Counted from the first letter of the stretch, positions 1-9,304 are shown. The stretch: DNA of 64,000 nucleotides from Sphingomonadales bacterium (GCA_965227345.1 OZ245755.1:3719293-3783292), one strand, 5' to 3'. Notes: generated from the sequence alone by a model not told the origin. Numbers and translations are program-made.

Positions 1-1301
1 TGGCGTCCCTGAAGGAATTTAACCCCGATTTGCCGGTAGTGGTGCTGACCGCCCACAGTGAGGTGGATCGCGTGGTCGAAGTGATGAGAGCCGGGGCCTC
101 GGACTTTATTCCAAAGCCTGCCGGGCCGTTGCGTTTGCGACGGGCGATTGAAAGCGCGATCGAACGTCGGGGGGCCGCAGGGAATTCTTCCCACTTTCAA
201 AACAAGTGGAAAGGCCGGATCAGTTTTGACGAGTTGATTGGCCAGAGCGAAGCAATGCAGCGGGCTTTCGATATGGCGCGCAAGGGAGCTTCTGCCAGTG
301 TGCCAATTCTGATTGAAGGTGAAAGTGGTGTGGGTAAGGAAATGTTTGCCCGCGCGATCCAAAGCGCCAGTGACCGTTATGGCAAACCGTTTGTTACGGT
401 GAACTGCGGTGCCATTCCTGCAAATCTGGTGGAAAGTATCCTTTTTGGTCATGAAAAAGGAGCATTCACCGGGGCTTCGGAAAAACATGACGGCAAGTTT
501 TTGGAAGCCAGTGGCGGCACGCTGTTTCTGGATGAAATTGGTGAATTGCCGCTGGATACCCAGGTCAAGCTGTTGCGAGCCATCCAGGAAGGCGAGATTG
601 ACCCGGTTGGCAGCCGTACGCCGATCAAGGTGGATATCCGGCTGATTTCGGCGACCAACAAGACGTTGCTGGAGCAGGTCGGACAAGGTGCATTCCGTGA
701 AGATTTGATGTACCGGCTGAATGTTTTCCCGGTTCGCATTCCGCCCCTGCGCGAGCGACGTGAAGATATCCCGCTGCTGGTCAATCACTTTATTGCGCTG
801 ATCGCTGAATCCGAAGGCCGTGAGGCAAAGCCGGTGGGTGCGGAGGCCATGGCGCTGCTACAGGCATACGATTGGCCCGGCAATGTACGCCAGTTGGAAA
901 ACGCCATGTTCCGGGCGGTGATTTTGTCCGATGCCGAAGAATTGGGGGAGTCGGACTTCCCGCAGATATTAAATGCTCATCATAAACAGGAAACGGCAAC
1001 GGGCTCCGGTCTGGACAGGCCGCGCCCCATGCTTGCCCATTCTCTCCAAAACACGCAAGGCGGTGTGCCTGATGCCAGAGAGCAAAATATCCGGATGTTT
1101 GATGAAAGCGGGGCCCTGCGAACGCTAGCCGAGGTTGAAGCCGAAATGATTGAGCGGGCGCTCAAACATTATGACGGGCATATGTCGGAAGTTGCCCGAC
1201 GACTGGGAATCGGTCGTTCGACGCTTTACCGCAAGATCAGCGAACTGGGGCTTGATGAAAACGCCGAACCGCCAACAGCCAGTGAAGGCAACACCGGATA
1301 G
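1..1301 (+). CDS. sigma-54-dependent response regulator (NtrC/Fis family), 5' end outside window
   Basis: The frame of ORF 30..1301 stays open to base 3 (ASLKEFNPDLPVVVLTAH, the end of a receiver domain). AAA+ core with Walker A GESGVGKE, sigma-54 contact loop [10 protein letters not shown] and Walker B LFLDEIG. C-terminal Fis-type HTH (GRSTLYRKI). Confidence 0.85.
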   Translation, partial: ASLKEFNPDLPVVVLTAHSEVDRVVEVMRAGASDFIPKPAGPLRLRRAIESAIERRGAAGNSSHFQNKWKGRISFDELIGQSEAMQRAFDMARKGASASVPILIEGESGVGKEMFARAIQSASDRYGKPFVTVNCGAIPANLVESILFGHEKGAFTGASEKHDGKFLEASGGTLFLDEIGELPLDTQVKLLRAIQEGEIDPVGSRTPIKVDIRLISATNKTLLEQVGQGAFREDLMYRLNVFPVRIPPLRERREDIPLLVNHFIALIAESEGREAKPVGAEAMALLQAYDWPGNVRQLENAMFRAVILSDAEELGESDFPQILNAHHKQETATGSGLDRPRPMLAHSLQNTQGGVPDAREQNIRMFDESGALRTLAEVEAEMIERALKHYDGHMSEVARRLGIGRSTLYRKISELGLDENAEPPTASEGNTG

Positions 1302-1315
1302 CGATTGATGTGCCT

Positions 1316-1561
1316 TTATTCAAGACCTACAGCATGGGCATAAAGGTCCAGAAGTGCTTCCTGTTCTTGCCGGTCGGCTGTTTCCATCTTCCGTAATTTA
1401 ATGACCTGACGCATGATTTTGGGCTCAAACCCGCTCCCCTTGGCCTCGGCATAAACGTCCTTGATGTCATCAGCGATGTTCTTTTTTTCTTCTTCCAGTC
1501 GTTCGATGCGTTCGATAAAGGATCGCAGCACATCTGCTGCAATACCGCCTGTATCTGCCAT
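1316..1561 (-). CDS. gapR: GapR-like nucleoid-associated protein (DUF2312)
   Basis: The internal start MADTGG (cat at 1559-1561) gives 81 aa. [47 protein letters not shown]...[12 protein letters not shown] aligns by eye with Caulobacter GapR. The 26-aa N-terminal extension in the ORF track looks non-coding. Confidence 0.8.
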   Translation of the reverse strand: MADTGGIAADVLRSFIERIERLEEEKKNIADDIKDVYAEAKGSGFEPKIMRQVIKLRKMETADRQEQEALLDLYAHAVGLE

Positions 1562-1653
1562 GTGGTTTTCTCCAAATAGGGTCTTTTGAATGTGCGGGGC
1601 GCGCAGACTAACCTGCCTCCTGTGCTGTGGCAATGCCAATCACCAGCTAAATT

Positions 1654-1956
1654 TCAGGGACGGTTTTTGGCCACGCTTTCGTCCATCCGCTGTAGCTGTT
1701 CCGGGGTTGCTTTCTGCTGATGTGCTGCCTTGAACTGATCATAAGGCATACCATAGATATATTCGCGGGCTTCCTCGCGGGATATCTCCAGCCCTTTTTC
1801 AGTTGCGGCATCCTTGTACCAGTCGGCAAGGCAATTACGGCAAAATCCGGCAAGGCCCATCAAGTCGATGTTCTGGGCGTCGGTACGATGGCGAAGGTGT
1901 GACAGCAGGCGGCGGAACGCTGCGGCTTCAAGTTCAGTCTGATCTTTTTTATCCAT
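1654..1956 (-). CDS. DUF1244 family protein
   Basis: Start MDKKDQ (cat at 1954-1956) lies just after the stop of the upstream gene at 1968. FRRLLSHLRHRTDAQNIDLMGLAGFCRNCLADWY is the conserved DUF1244 core as I recall it. Confidence 0.7.
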   Translation of the reverse strand: MDKKDQTELEAAAFRRLLSHLRHRTDAQNIDLMGLAGFCRNCLADWYKDAATEKGLEISREEAREYIYGMPYDQFKAAHQQKATPEQLQRMDESVAKNRP

Positions 1957-1967
1957 CAAATTCTTCC

Positions 1968-2756
1968 TCAATAAAATTGGGTTTGCTGCATCACAGGCAT
2001 TGCAGCAATTTTTCGCAGTTCCTGTTCCATGATCTCTGACCATTTGATGATACCGTCGGTATGGTCAATTTCATCCTGACGTATTTCAACGGTAACCTGT
2101 GGAAACCCGTAGCGGGCGCCATGAATATTCATGGTGTGAAACAAATCTCGTCCACTATAGGGTTCGTTATCCCCGACCATCAGATTGCGCTCTCTCAGGC
2201 CTTTTATGAAGGCCTGCGCCAGGCGGGGGTCCCTGTCCCACAAAAAGCCGGCATGCCAGGGCCGCCTGTTGCCCCCCATTTCCGGTGTGTAGCTATGTAT
2301 GGCGACTACAAGTGGGACAATGTCGCGGTTGGCAAAACCTTTGGCAAGCCGGGCAATGGTATCGTGAAACGGCTGATAATAATGTTTGATCCGCAGGTCG
2401 CGCTCCTGCTCCCCCAGGTTCTGATTGCCGGGAATGCTGGTGTCGTCACTGGATTCGGGAATCAGACCCGGTGTATCGAGCGATCGATTCGGATCGATCA
2501 GCAACCGGGAAAAGCAGGCCAGAACGGCAGGTGCATCAAAGACATTCGACAGGTTTTCGGTAATGGCAGCGGCGCCGATATCCCAGGCGATATGGCGCTG
2601 AAGATCACTTTTGCCCAGCCCCAGGTCCCGGTAGTGTGCGGGAATGTGATTGCTGGCGTGGTCACACACCAGAAGAATAGGGCATTGCCCTTCCTCGTTT
2701 AAAAGCCTGCAGGATTCGGACTGGTGGGCGAGGTTTTCGGATGCTAGTTTATTCAT
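1968..2756 (-). CDS. N-formylglutamate amidohydrolase (FGase) family protein
   Basis: 262 aa. Motifs LLVCDHASNHIP, DPNR and AIHSYTP are typical of the FGase family. Confidence 0.7.
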   Translation of the reverse strand: MNKLASENLAHQSESCRLLNEEGQCPILLVCDHASNHIPAHYRDLGLGKSDLQRHIAWDIGAAAITENLSNVFDAPAVLACFSRLLIDPNRSLDTPGLIPESSDDTSIPGNQNLGEQERDLRIKHYYQPFHDTIARLAKGFANRDIVPLVVAIHSYTPEMGGNRRPWHAGFLWDRDPRLAQAFIKGLRERNLMVGDNEPYSGRDLFHTMNIHGARYGFPQVTVEIRQDEIDHTDGIIKWSEIMEQELRKIAAMPVMQQTQFY

Positions 2757-2874
2757 GCTGCCTTATTTGTTGTCATGATTCTGTGGTAACAATCTGGCAC
2801 GGTAACGGGTTGAAGCCCGAAACCCAATATAAACCGATAAGAAATCCGCAACCAATATTCAAAGAGAAAAAAGC

Positions 2875-4314
2875 ATGCGGCGAACCAGAAGTACCAAAAT
2901 TATAGCCACGTTAGGGCCGGCAAGTTCCAGCAGAGAAAAAATTCTGGAGCTTTTTACGGGAGGGGCCGACGTTTTCAGGCTGAATATGAGCCATGGCCAG
3001 CATGAAGATGTTGCCCGGCTTTATCATATGATTCGGGATGTCGAGGTATCAGCGGGCCATCCCATTGGCATTCTTGCGGATCTGCAGGGCCCCAAATTGA
3101 GAATCAGTACATTTGCCAACAAGGAAATCGAGTTGGTGGAAGGGGCGGCGTTTCGCCTGGACCTGGATACAACACCCGGCGATATAACACGGGTTGGATT
3201 GCCACACCCCGAGATATTCGAGGCCGTCGAGGCGGGCACGGATCTGTTGCTGAATGACGGCAAGATCCGCTTGAAAGTAGAGACAGTCGGCGACGGCCAT
3301 GTAAATACCACCGTTGAAGTGGGGGGCATGCTGTCTGATCGTAAAGGGGTGAATGTTCCCGGTGTTATCCTGCCGCTTGCCGCCTTGACGGCAAAAGACA
3401 GAGCTGATCTGGATTTTGTTCTTGATCTGGGGGTTGACTGGGTTGCGCTCTCTTTCGTTCAGCGTCCGCAGGATGTTATTGAAGCGCAGGAGATCATCAA
3501 GGGCCGGGCCGCGGTGATGGCCAAAATCGAGAAGCCGGCAGCTGTGGATTGCGTGGAAGATATCCTGCAGGTGGCCGACGCTGTTATGGTGGCGCGGGGT
3601 GATCTGGGTGTGGAACAGAATGTCGAGGATGTGCCAGGCATTCAGAAGCATATTATCCGGAAAGCAAGGGCAGCGGGTAAAACAGTGGTTGTGGCTACCC
3701 AGATGCTCGAATCGATGATTGCGGCACCTGTACCCACACGTGCCGAAGTGTCGGATGTGGCAAATGCGATATTTGACGGTGCTGACGCGATTATGCTGTC
3801 GGCAGAATCGGCGGCAGGACAATATCCTGGTGAAGCTGTTGCTGTTATGAACCGGGTGGCGACCAAGGTCGAAAGTGATCCGATGTATCGTGCAAGCTCG
3901 CGGTCAGACCTGACCATACCGGAACCGACAACGGCGGACGCTATCAGTGCGGCAGCGCATCAGGTGTCGGATACGGTCAAGGCTGCGGCCATCGTGACAT
4001 ATACGTCATCGGGATCCACGGCACTCAGGGCGTCGCGGGAGCGTCCGGCCGTACCCTTGCTGGTACTGACCCCTAATGCACGCACGGCAAGCCGTCTGGC
4101 CCTGGTTTGGGGGTTGCATACGATTGTGACGGAAGATGCGAAATCATTTCAGGATATGATCAACAAGGCCTGCCGAAGTGCCCTGGCTGCGGGATATGCC
4201 GGGGTTGATGACCGGATTGTGATTATGGCAGGTATGCCGTTCGGGTCGCCCGGCAAGACCAATGTGTTGCGTATAGCGCGGGTCATGCCACAGCACAAAA
4301 AATCAGGTGTCTGA
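2875..4314 (+). CDS. pyk: pyruvate kinase
   Basis: 479 aa. TKIIATLGPAS, FRLNMSHG, MVARGDLGVE and ATQMLESM are canonical pyruvate kinase motifs. Confidence 0.95.
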   Translation: MRRTRSTKIIATLGPASSSREKILELFTGGADVFRLNMSHGQHEDVARLYHMIRDVEVSAGHPIGILADLQGPKLRISTFANKEIELVEGAAFRLDLDTTPGDITRVGLPHPEIFEAVEAGTDLLLNDGKIRLKVETVGDGHVNTTVEVGGMLSDRKGVNVPGVILPLAALTAKDRADLDFVLDLGVDWVALSFVQRPQDVIEAQEIIKGRAAVMAKIEKPAAVDCVEDILQVADAVMVARGDLGVEQNVEDVPGIQKHIIRKARAAGKTVVVATQMLESMIAAPVPTRAEVSDVANAIFDGADAIMLSAESAAGQYPGEAVAVMNRVATKVESDPMYRASSRSDLTIPEPTTADAISAAAHQVSDTVKAAAIVTYTSSGSTALRASRERPAVPLLVLTPNARTASRLALVWGLHTIVTEDAKSFQDMINKACRSALAAGYAGVDDRIVIMAGMPFGSPGKTNVLRIARVMPQHKKSGV

Positions 4315-4320
4315 AACCAA

Positions 4321-4356
4321 AAGGAAAAGCTGCACTTTTAAAGTGCAGCTTTTCTC
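4321..4356. terminator. bidirectional intrinsic terminator between pyk and rpmJ
   Basis: A perfect 13-bp stem (4325-4337 aaaagctgcactt / 4341-4353 aagtgcagctttt) with a 3-nt loop. It has an A-run on one side and a T-run on the other, and sits between convergent genes. Confidence 0.65.
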
Positions 4357-4413
4357 ATGTTCAGAACCACAGTGCGAGAGATTATCTTGCCTTGTGTATT
4401 ATCCTCTGGTTTT

Positions 4414-4539
4414 TTACCCTTGGCGGGCTTTAAACCGGCGGTTTGTTTTGTTAATCACATAAACACGACCCTTGCGACGGATCACGCGGCAGTCGCGATG
4501 ACGTGCTTTAAGGCTCTTGAGCGAGTTTACAACTTTCAT
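4414..4539 (-). CDS. rpmJ: 50S ribosomal protein L36
   Basis: My manual translation of the minus strand gives [41 protein letters not shown] (41 aa). It is too short for the ORF track. The 84-aa plus-strand ORF 4357..4611 covering it is spurious. Confidence 0.9.
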   Translation of the reverse strand: MKVVNSLKSLKARHRDCRVIRRKGRVYVINKTNRRFKARQG

Positions 4540-4843
4540 TTGTCGTCTCAGCTGTTACAAAATTCTATTCAGCAAAAAGATTGCCCTTCTTGCGCGGACG
4601 CCGGAACATAGTGCCAAGGTGTGTCGCTGTCAACCGGGATGGAGACAAATGATATTTTTCTCATAACCCGCGGCCAAATCCCCCAAAAGTCATGAATTGT
4701 TATAGATAGCCGGAATTAAATATCTCATTAGGTGCAGAACATCATCAACCATTTAGGTTTCTTTAATACCCGGATGCTACATCTGCTTATTAACAGCAAA
4801 TTTTCGAATAATTGCGATGGGTTGATGAAGAGAGGGTTTTGAG

Positions 4844-7063
4844 ATGACGGGTGGTTCGGCTTCTATTCTGCAAAAAGGGCGCGGGTTCTTTACAATTCGA
4901 AACTCGCTGTTGACGATTGTGGCCGTTTTGGCCTCATTCATTGCATATTTCAGTGTCCAGTCAGCTATTGACGCTGGCCGGTCGCGAGCGGCAGCCAATT
5001 TGATTGTTGAAAATAACGAGATATCTGACCATCTTTTGAAAGTGGCCAGAAGCCTTTCCCTGGAGCGTGGCGTATTTAATACGGCGCTTAATCTGGAGAC
5101 CCCCGGGTCTGCGCAGTTTCGGGTAAAAATTGATGAGGCGCGCAACGTTACCGATCCATCATACAAAATTGCTGTTGCAGGGTTGCGCGATGGTTCTCCA
5201 TTTCCGGGCAGGGAAAAGCTTATCGGAGATATTGAGAAATCATATCAACAATATCTGGAGACAAGGGCAAAGGCAGATGTTGCTTTTGATCAGCCATTGG
5301 CCGATCGCGCGCGGCGAACAGATCGCGCCATTTTCAGGGCGACGACAGATCTTATCAACGCGACACAGGCGGCAAGGATTGCTGCCGAGTATGAAAGCGG
5401 CAGGTCAAACGCAACCGTTGTGACATACCAGCAGCTGAAGCACGCCTTGTGGTCCATGAGCGAAAATGCGGATCAGGAATGGGCGACAATTGGCGAGACA
5501 ATGGCAAGTGCCAAAACAATTTCAAGCATTCGCCTGGAACTGCTAGCGACATATCGTGGTGCTCTCGAGTCATCATGGATGACGGTCAAGGCGCTGACCA
5601 ATTCGACCGTAGTCAATGAAAGTCTGCGTGTACTGGTGGCTGATGTTGAAGAAAAATTCTTTACCGACTTTCAGAAGACCCGCGAAGACGTTTACACGGC
5701 AGCACAGGCAGACGAGCCATATCCGATCTCTGTCGGGGAATGGATCAGTCGCGCGACCGCTGCCACTGCTACTCTTCAGGCACTGGGTGACGCCGCAGGC
5801 GCGCGCACCAGCGAAGTCGCAAGAAGCCACGCCTCTGAGGCTACGGTTGATTTGTGGCGCGAAGTCATGACGTTGATTGTCACACTTGCGATTGCCGCAG
5901 CTTCTTTCTGGCTGGTTCTGTATCGTGTGATCAAGCCATTGCGTGCGCTGGGTGACCAGATGAGCGAACTGGCCAACGGTAATCTTGAGATCGAAATTGC
6001 CGGCTTGAACCGGTACGACGAAGTTGGCGATATGGCCGCGTCAGTACAGGTGTTCAAGGAAGCTGCGCAAGAGAAAATCCGTCTGGAACAGCAACAGCGT
6101 GAGACAGAAGAGACGGCTCGGGTGTCCAGAGAAGCTGAAGAACAGGCCCAGCGCGAGGCTGAAGAACAGCAACGTCTGCGCGACGAGAAACGTGAAGAGG
6201 AATCACGCGAGCAGCGCCGTCAGGAAATGCTGGCTCTGGCCGATGAATTTGAGCGTTCCGTCATGCAGGTCGTCGATGCGGTTGCTGCCTCGGCTGCCGG
6301 CATGGAAGAAGCGGCGCAGGGCATGTCCACTGTCGCGGAAGACACCAGCCGTCAGTCATCGGTTGTTGCAACCGCTTCCGAACAGGCCAGTTCCAATATT
6401 CAGATGGTTGCAAGTGCGGCTGAGGAATTGTCAGCTTCCGTCAAGGAAATCAGCGGACAGGTATCCCAGTCAACCAGCTTCGCCCGTAACGCCGTGAGCG
6501 AAACAGACCGGGCCAATGAAGAAATTCAGGGGCTGGTATCTGCAGCGCAGAAGATTGGCGATGTGGTCAATCTGATCAGTGATATTGCCAGTCAGACAAA
6601 TCTGCTGGCTTTGAATGCGACAATTGAAGCTGCCCGGGCCGGTGAAGCAGGCAAGGGCTTTGCTGTTGTGGCGTCCGAGGTCAAAAATCTGGCCAGCCAG
6701 ACAGCGACAGCGACAGACGAGATCACAACACAGGTTGCCGGCATGCAGCAGGCAACCGAGCAGGCTGTTACGGCGATCAAGGGTATTGCTGCTGTTATCA
6801 AGAAGATTGATGAAACAGCTGTAACCATTGCCGCCGCTGTTGAAGAGCAGGATGCTTCAACCCATGAAATTGCGAGAAACGTCGCTCAGGTCTCGACAGG
6901 TACCCAGGAAGTCACCAGCAATATTGTTACGGTGAACCAGGGGGCTGCAAGTACCGGCACGGCTGCGGCGGGTGTTTTGACCTCTGCAAAGGATGTGTCG
7001 AAGCAAACAGATTCGCTGCGTAGTCACGTCGGCTCATTTCTGGCCCAGATACGGTCAGCCTGA
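4844..7063 (+). CDS. methyl-accepting chemotaxis protein (transmembrane, HAMP)
   Basis: 739 aa with an N-terminal TM, a periplasmic domain of about 300 aa, a second TM and a HAMP domain. It carries the conserved signalling hairpin [37 protein letters not shown]. Confidence 0.9.
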   Translation: MTGGSASILQKGRGFFTIRNSLLTIVAVLASFIAYFSVQSAIDAGRSRAAANLIVENNEISDHLLKVARSLSLERGVFNTALNLETPGSAQFRVKIDEARNVTDPSYKIAVAGLRDGSPFPGREKLIGDIEKSYQQYLETRAKADVAFDQPLADRARRTDRAIFRATTDLINATQAARIAAEYESGRSNATVVTYQQLKHALWSMSENADQEWATIGETMASAKTISSIRLELLATYRGALESSWMTVKALTNSTVVNESLRVLVADVEEKFFTDFQKTREDVYTAAQADEPYPISVGEWISRATAATATLQALGDAAGARTSEVARSHASEATVDLWREVMTLIVTLAIAAASFWLVLYRVIKPLRALGDQMSELANGNLEIEIAGLNRYDEVGDMAASVQVFKEAAQEKIRLEQQQRETEETARVSREAEEQAQREAEEQQRLRDEKREEESREQRRQEMLALADEFERSVMQVVDAVAASAAGMEEAAQGMSTVAEDTSRQSSVVATASEQASSNIQMVASAAEELSASVKEISGQVSQSTSFARNAVSETDRANEEIQGLVSAAQKIGDVVNLISDIASQTNLLALNATIEAARAGEAGKGFAVVASEVKNLASQTATATDEITTQVAGMQQATEQAVTAIKGIAAVIKKIDETAVTIAAAVEEQDASTHEIARNVAQVSTGTQEVTSNIVTVNQGAASTGTAAAGVLTSAKDVSKQTDSLRSHVGSFLAQIRSA

Positions 7064-7091
7064 TCTTCTCACCAGTTGCGATGAGATGAGG

Positions 7092-7130
7092 AAACGGCGC
7101 CGGAGCGAAAGCTCGGGCGCCGTTTTCATT
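7092..7130 (+). terminator. intrinsic terminator after the MCP gene
   Basis: aaacggcgcc (7092-7101) pairs with ggcgccgttt (7116-7125) and is followed by a T-rich tract. It sits between convergent genes. Confidence 0.55.
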
Positions 7131-7150
7131 TGCCATGCCGGGGTTGGGGG

Positions 7151-8134
7151 TTAGGAAACAGTGAGCATGATCTTGCCAATGTGACCGCTGGACTCAATCC
7201 TCTCATGTGCCTTCGACGCCTCTTCCAGCGGAAATGTGGAATCAATAACCGGTTTGACTGTTTCGCTTTCAAGCAAGGGCCATACCTTTTCCTTTAGGTG
7301 TGCTGCAATATCCGCCTTGAAAGATACATCACGAGGCCGAAGGGTGGACCCGGTCACGGTCAGGCGCTTAAGCATGACAGGCAGCATGTTAATGCTTGTT
7401 TTGGGGCCTTGCAGGAATGCGATCTGGACCAGACGTCCGTCAGGGGCCAGCAGATTTATATTCTTCTGTATATAGTCGCCACCAACCATATCAAGAATAA
7501 CATTCACGCCGCCACGGCCAGCCCTCTCCCTGATCTCTTTTTCATAGTCTGCGGTTTTGTAATTAACGGCATGGTCAGCGCCCAGATCAAGACAGGTCTG
7601 GCATTTTTCGTCAGATCCCGCGGTCGTGAAAACCGTCGCTCCAAATGCCCTGGCAAGCTGGATCGCCGTCGTGCCGATGCCGGATGTCCCGCCGTGGACC
7701 AGAAAGGTCTCACCTGTTTTCAAACCGCCCCGGTCAAATACATTGGACCAGACTGTAAAGAATGTTTCCGGCAAGCTTGCTGCCGTTATCATGTCCATAC
7801 CTTCCGGCACAGGAAGGGTATTTGCAGCAGGCGCGACGCAATATTCAGCGTATCCGCCACCTGCCACGAGCGCGCAAACAGCGTCACCTTCGCGCCATGC
7901 CGTCACACCGTCACCTGATTCGACAATATGGCCAGCGACTTCAAGCCCGGGTATTTCCGATGCGCCGGGCGGGGCGGGGTAGTTGCCCGTTCTTTGTATG
8001 ACATCGGGTCGATTGACGCCCGCCGCCACAACCTTGATCAGCACTTCGCCCGGCCCGGGTGACGGCTTTTCAATCGAGGCAGGCTTCAGGACTTCAGGCC
8101 CGCCAAATTCAGTAATTGCAATCGCTTTCATCAT
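7151..8134 (-). CDS. NAD(P)H:quinone oxidoreductase (zinc-type ADH superfamily, PIG3/Qor-like)
   Basis: 327 aa. An N-terminal GroES-like fold is followed by the Rossmann motif VHGGTSGIGTTAIQLA. The ending HIGKIML is typical of Qor-family proteins. Confidence 0.85.
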   Translation of the reverse strand: MMKAIAITEFGGPEVLKPASIEKPSPGPGEVLIKVVAAGVNRPDVIQRTGNYPAPPGASEIPGLEVAGHIVESGDGVTAWREGDAVCALVAGGGYAEYCVAPAANTLPVPEGMDMITAASLPETFFTVWSNVFDRGGLKTGETFLVHGGTSGIGTTAIQLARAFGATVFTTAGSDEKCQTCLDLGADHAVNYKTADYEKEIRERAGRGGVNVILDMVGGDYIQKNINLLAPDGRLVQIAFLQGPKTSINMLPVMLKRLTVTGSTLRPRDVSFKADIAAHLKEKVWPLLESETVKPVIDSTFPLEEASKAHERIESSGHIGKIMLTVS

Positions 8135-8224
8135 GGGAAGTATCTTTCACTTTATTCGGGAACAGGATTCGATCATATTTACTTGTGAACCTACCCAATA
8201 ATTTATGTTGAGAACAGGTCTGTC

Positions 8225-8416
8225 ATGGAAGAAGATGAAAAACCGCTACGCAACCCAAAGCCATTGGATCTGGTAACGCGGGAGGCGCTGGATGTCTTGT
8301 CTGTTGAAGAACTTCAGGCCCGGATTGAAATATTGAAACGGGAAATATCCAGAGTGGACGGGGCGATAAAAGCGAAAAGGCAGGTTCTGGGTGCGGCTCA
8401 AAACCTGTTTAAATGA
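8225..8416 (+). CDS. DUF1192 family small protein
   Basis: 63 aa. LSVEELQARIEILKREISRVDGAIKAKR matches the DUF1192 coiled-coil signature common in alphaproteobacteria. Confidence 0.7.
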   Translation: MEEDEKPLRNPKPLDLVTREALDVLSVEELQARIEILKREISRVDGAIKAKRQVLGAAQNLFK

Positions 8417-8531
8417 TTCTGATTGTGGCGTTAACTTTTTATTAAGGAGGTCTCGGTAATCTCCAGATGTAAGCATGTAGTATCCTGTTCCCTGTAGATA
8501 ACCTTCATGTTGACGCCTCCCTGTCTACCTG

Positions 8532-8568
8532 GGCCGCATCCGGTTTTTCCCGATGCGGCCTTGTTTTT
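8532..8568 (+). terminator. intrinsic terminator (orphan, about 115 nt downstream of the DUF1192 gene)
   Basis: ggccgcatc (8532-8540) pairs with gatgcggcc (8552-8560) and is followed by ttgttttt. There is no T-run on the opposite strand. Confidence 0.5.
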
Positions 8569-8631
8569 ATGTAAAGAAGGGGCCACCCGGACAGGGCAGC
8601 CCCAACGTTCAGATCATTCAGAAGAACCGGA

Positions 8632-9093
8632 TCAAGCGGCTTTCTGCTCAATCTTTTTACTGTTTACAGTACTGGCACCGATTTCGATCTGTCTTGGCCG
8701 CTTGTGTTCAGGAATTTCCCGGACAAGATCGACCGTCAACATGCCATTGACGATATCTGCACCAACGACTTTGATCGTGTCGGCCAGACGGAACCGTCGC
8801 TCAAAAGCCCTGGCCGCAATCCCGCGATGGAGGAAGGTACTTTCCTTGTCTTCCTCTCCGGTTTTGCCGGCGATAATCAGGACTCCGTCCTGAACGGTAA
8901 TCTCGAGATCCTGACGATCAAATCCGGCGACCGCCATGGCGATCTGGTATTCGTTTTCGTCTTTTTTCTCTATGTTATACGGAGGGTAAGCGCTCTCGGC
9001 CCCATCAGAATTAAAGCTGGCTTCAAAGGCCCGATAGGCAGGATCAAAACCAATGGTGGAACGCAACAGGGGTGTCAAATCAAAAGTACGCAT
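8632..9093 (-). CDS. small heat-shock protein, Hsp20/alpha-crystallin family
   Basis: Start MRTFDLTPLL (cat at 9091-9093) with GAGGA 7 nt upstream. AYPPYNIEK...YQIAMAVAGF...LEITVQDGVLIIAG...FLHRGIAARAFERRFRLAD is an IbpA-like alpha-crystallin domain. Confidence 0.9.
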   Translation of the reverse strand: MRTFDLTPLLRSTIGFDPAYRAFEASFNSDGAESAYPPYNIEKKDENEYQIAMAVAGFDRQDLEITVQDGVLIIAGKTGEEDKESTFLHRGIAARAFERRFRLADTIKVVGADIVNGMLTVDLVREIPEHKRPRQIEIGASTVNSKKIEQKAA

Positions 9094-9196
9094 AGCTATA
9101 TCCTCATTCTTAAGCGATATGAACATTCAAACCCGCCAATTATTGGCCGGGTCACGTTTTAGCCGAACCCTCAACAGGCATCCGGCATATTATTGA

Positions 9197-9223
9197 TTTA
9201 GGGTTTGTTTTTGGAAGTTCAAG
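9197..9223 (-). promoter_or_regulatory. candidate RpoH (sigma-32) promoter for the hsp20 gene
   Basis: The minus strand reads CTTGAA-N15-CCTAAAT, close to the alphaproteobacterial sigma-32 consensus CTTG-N17-CYTATNT. It lies about 100 nt upstream of the hsp20 start. Confidence 0.35.
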
Positions 9224-9304
9224 ATATGCGCACCATTTTGTTGTAACGACAATTTGTTAATATCGACCGTGTATGATGAAGTGTTGTGCAGTTATGGAGA
9301 CAAT

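Noticed and set aside
3049-3822. 257-aa minus-strand ORF antisense to pyruvate kinase. Similar shadow ORFs lie at 28008..28595 (ruvB), 53441..54130 (prsR), 55577..56317 (prsT2) and 57289..57861 (arsR/SRPBCC).
   Set aside because: Each lies fully inside a confidently identified gene on the other strand and shows no protein-family features.
4357-4611. 84-aa plus-strand ORF from the track.
   Set aside because: The opposite strand encodes a textbook ribosomal protein L36 at 4414..4539. The plus-strand ORF has no recognisable features and begins inside the pyk/rpmJ terminator region.
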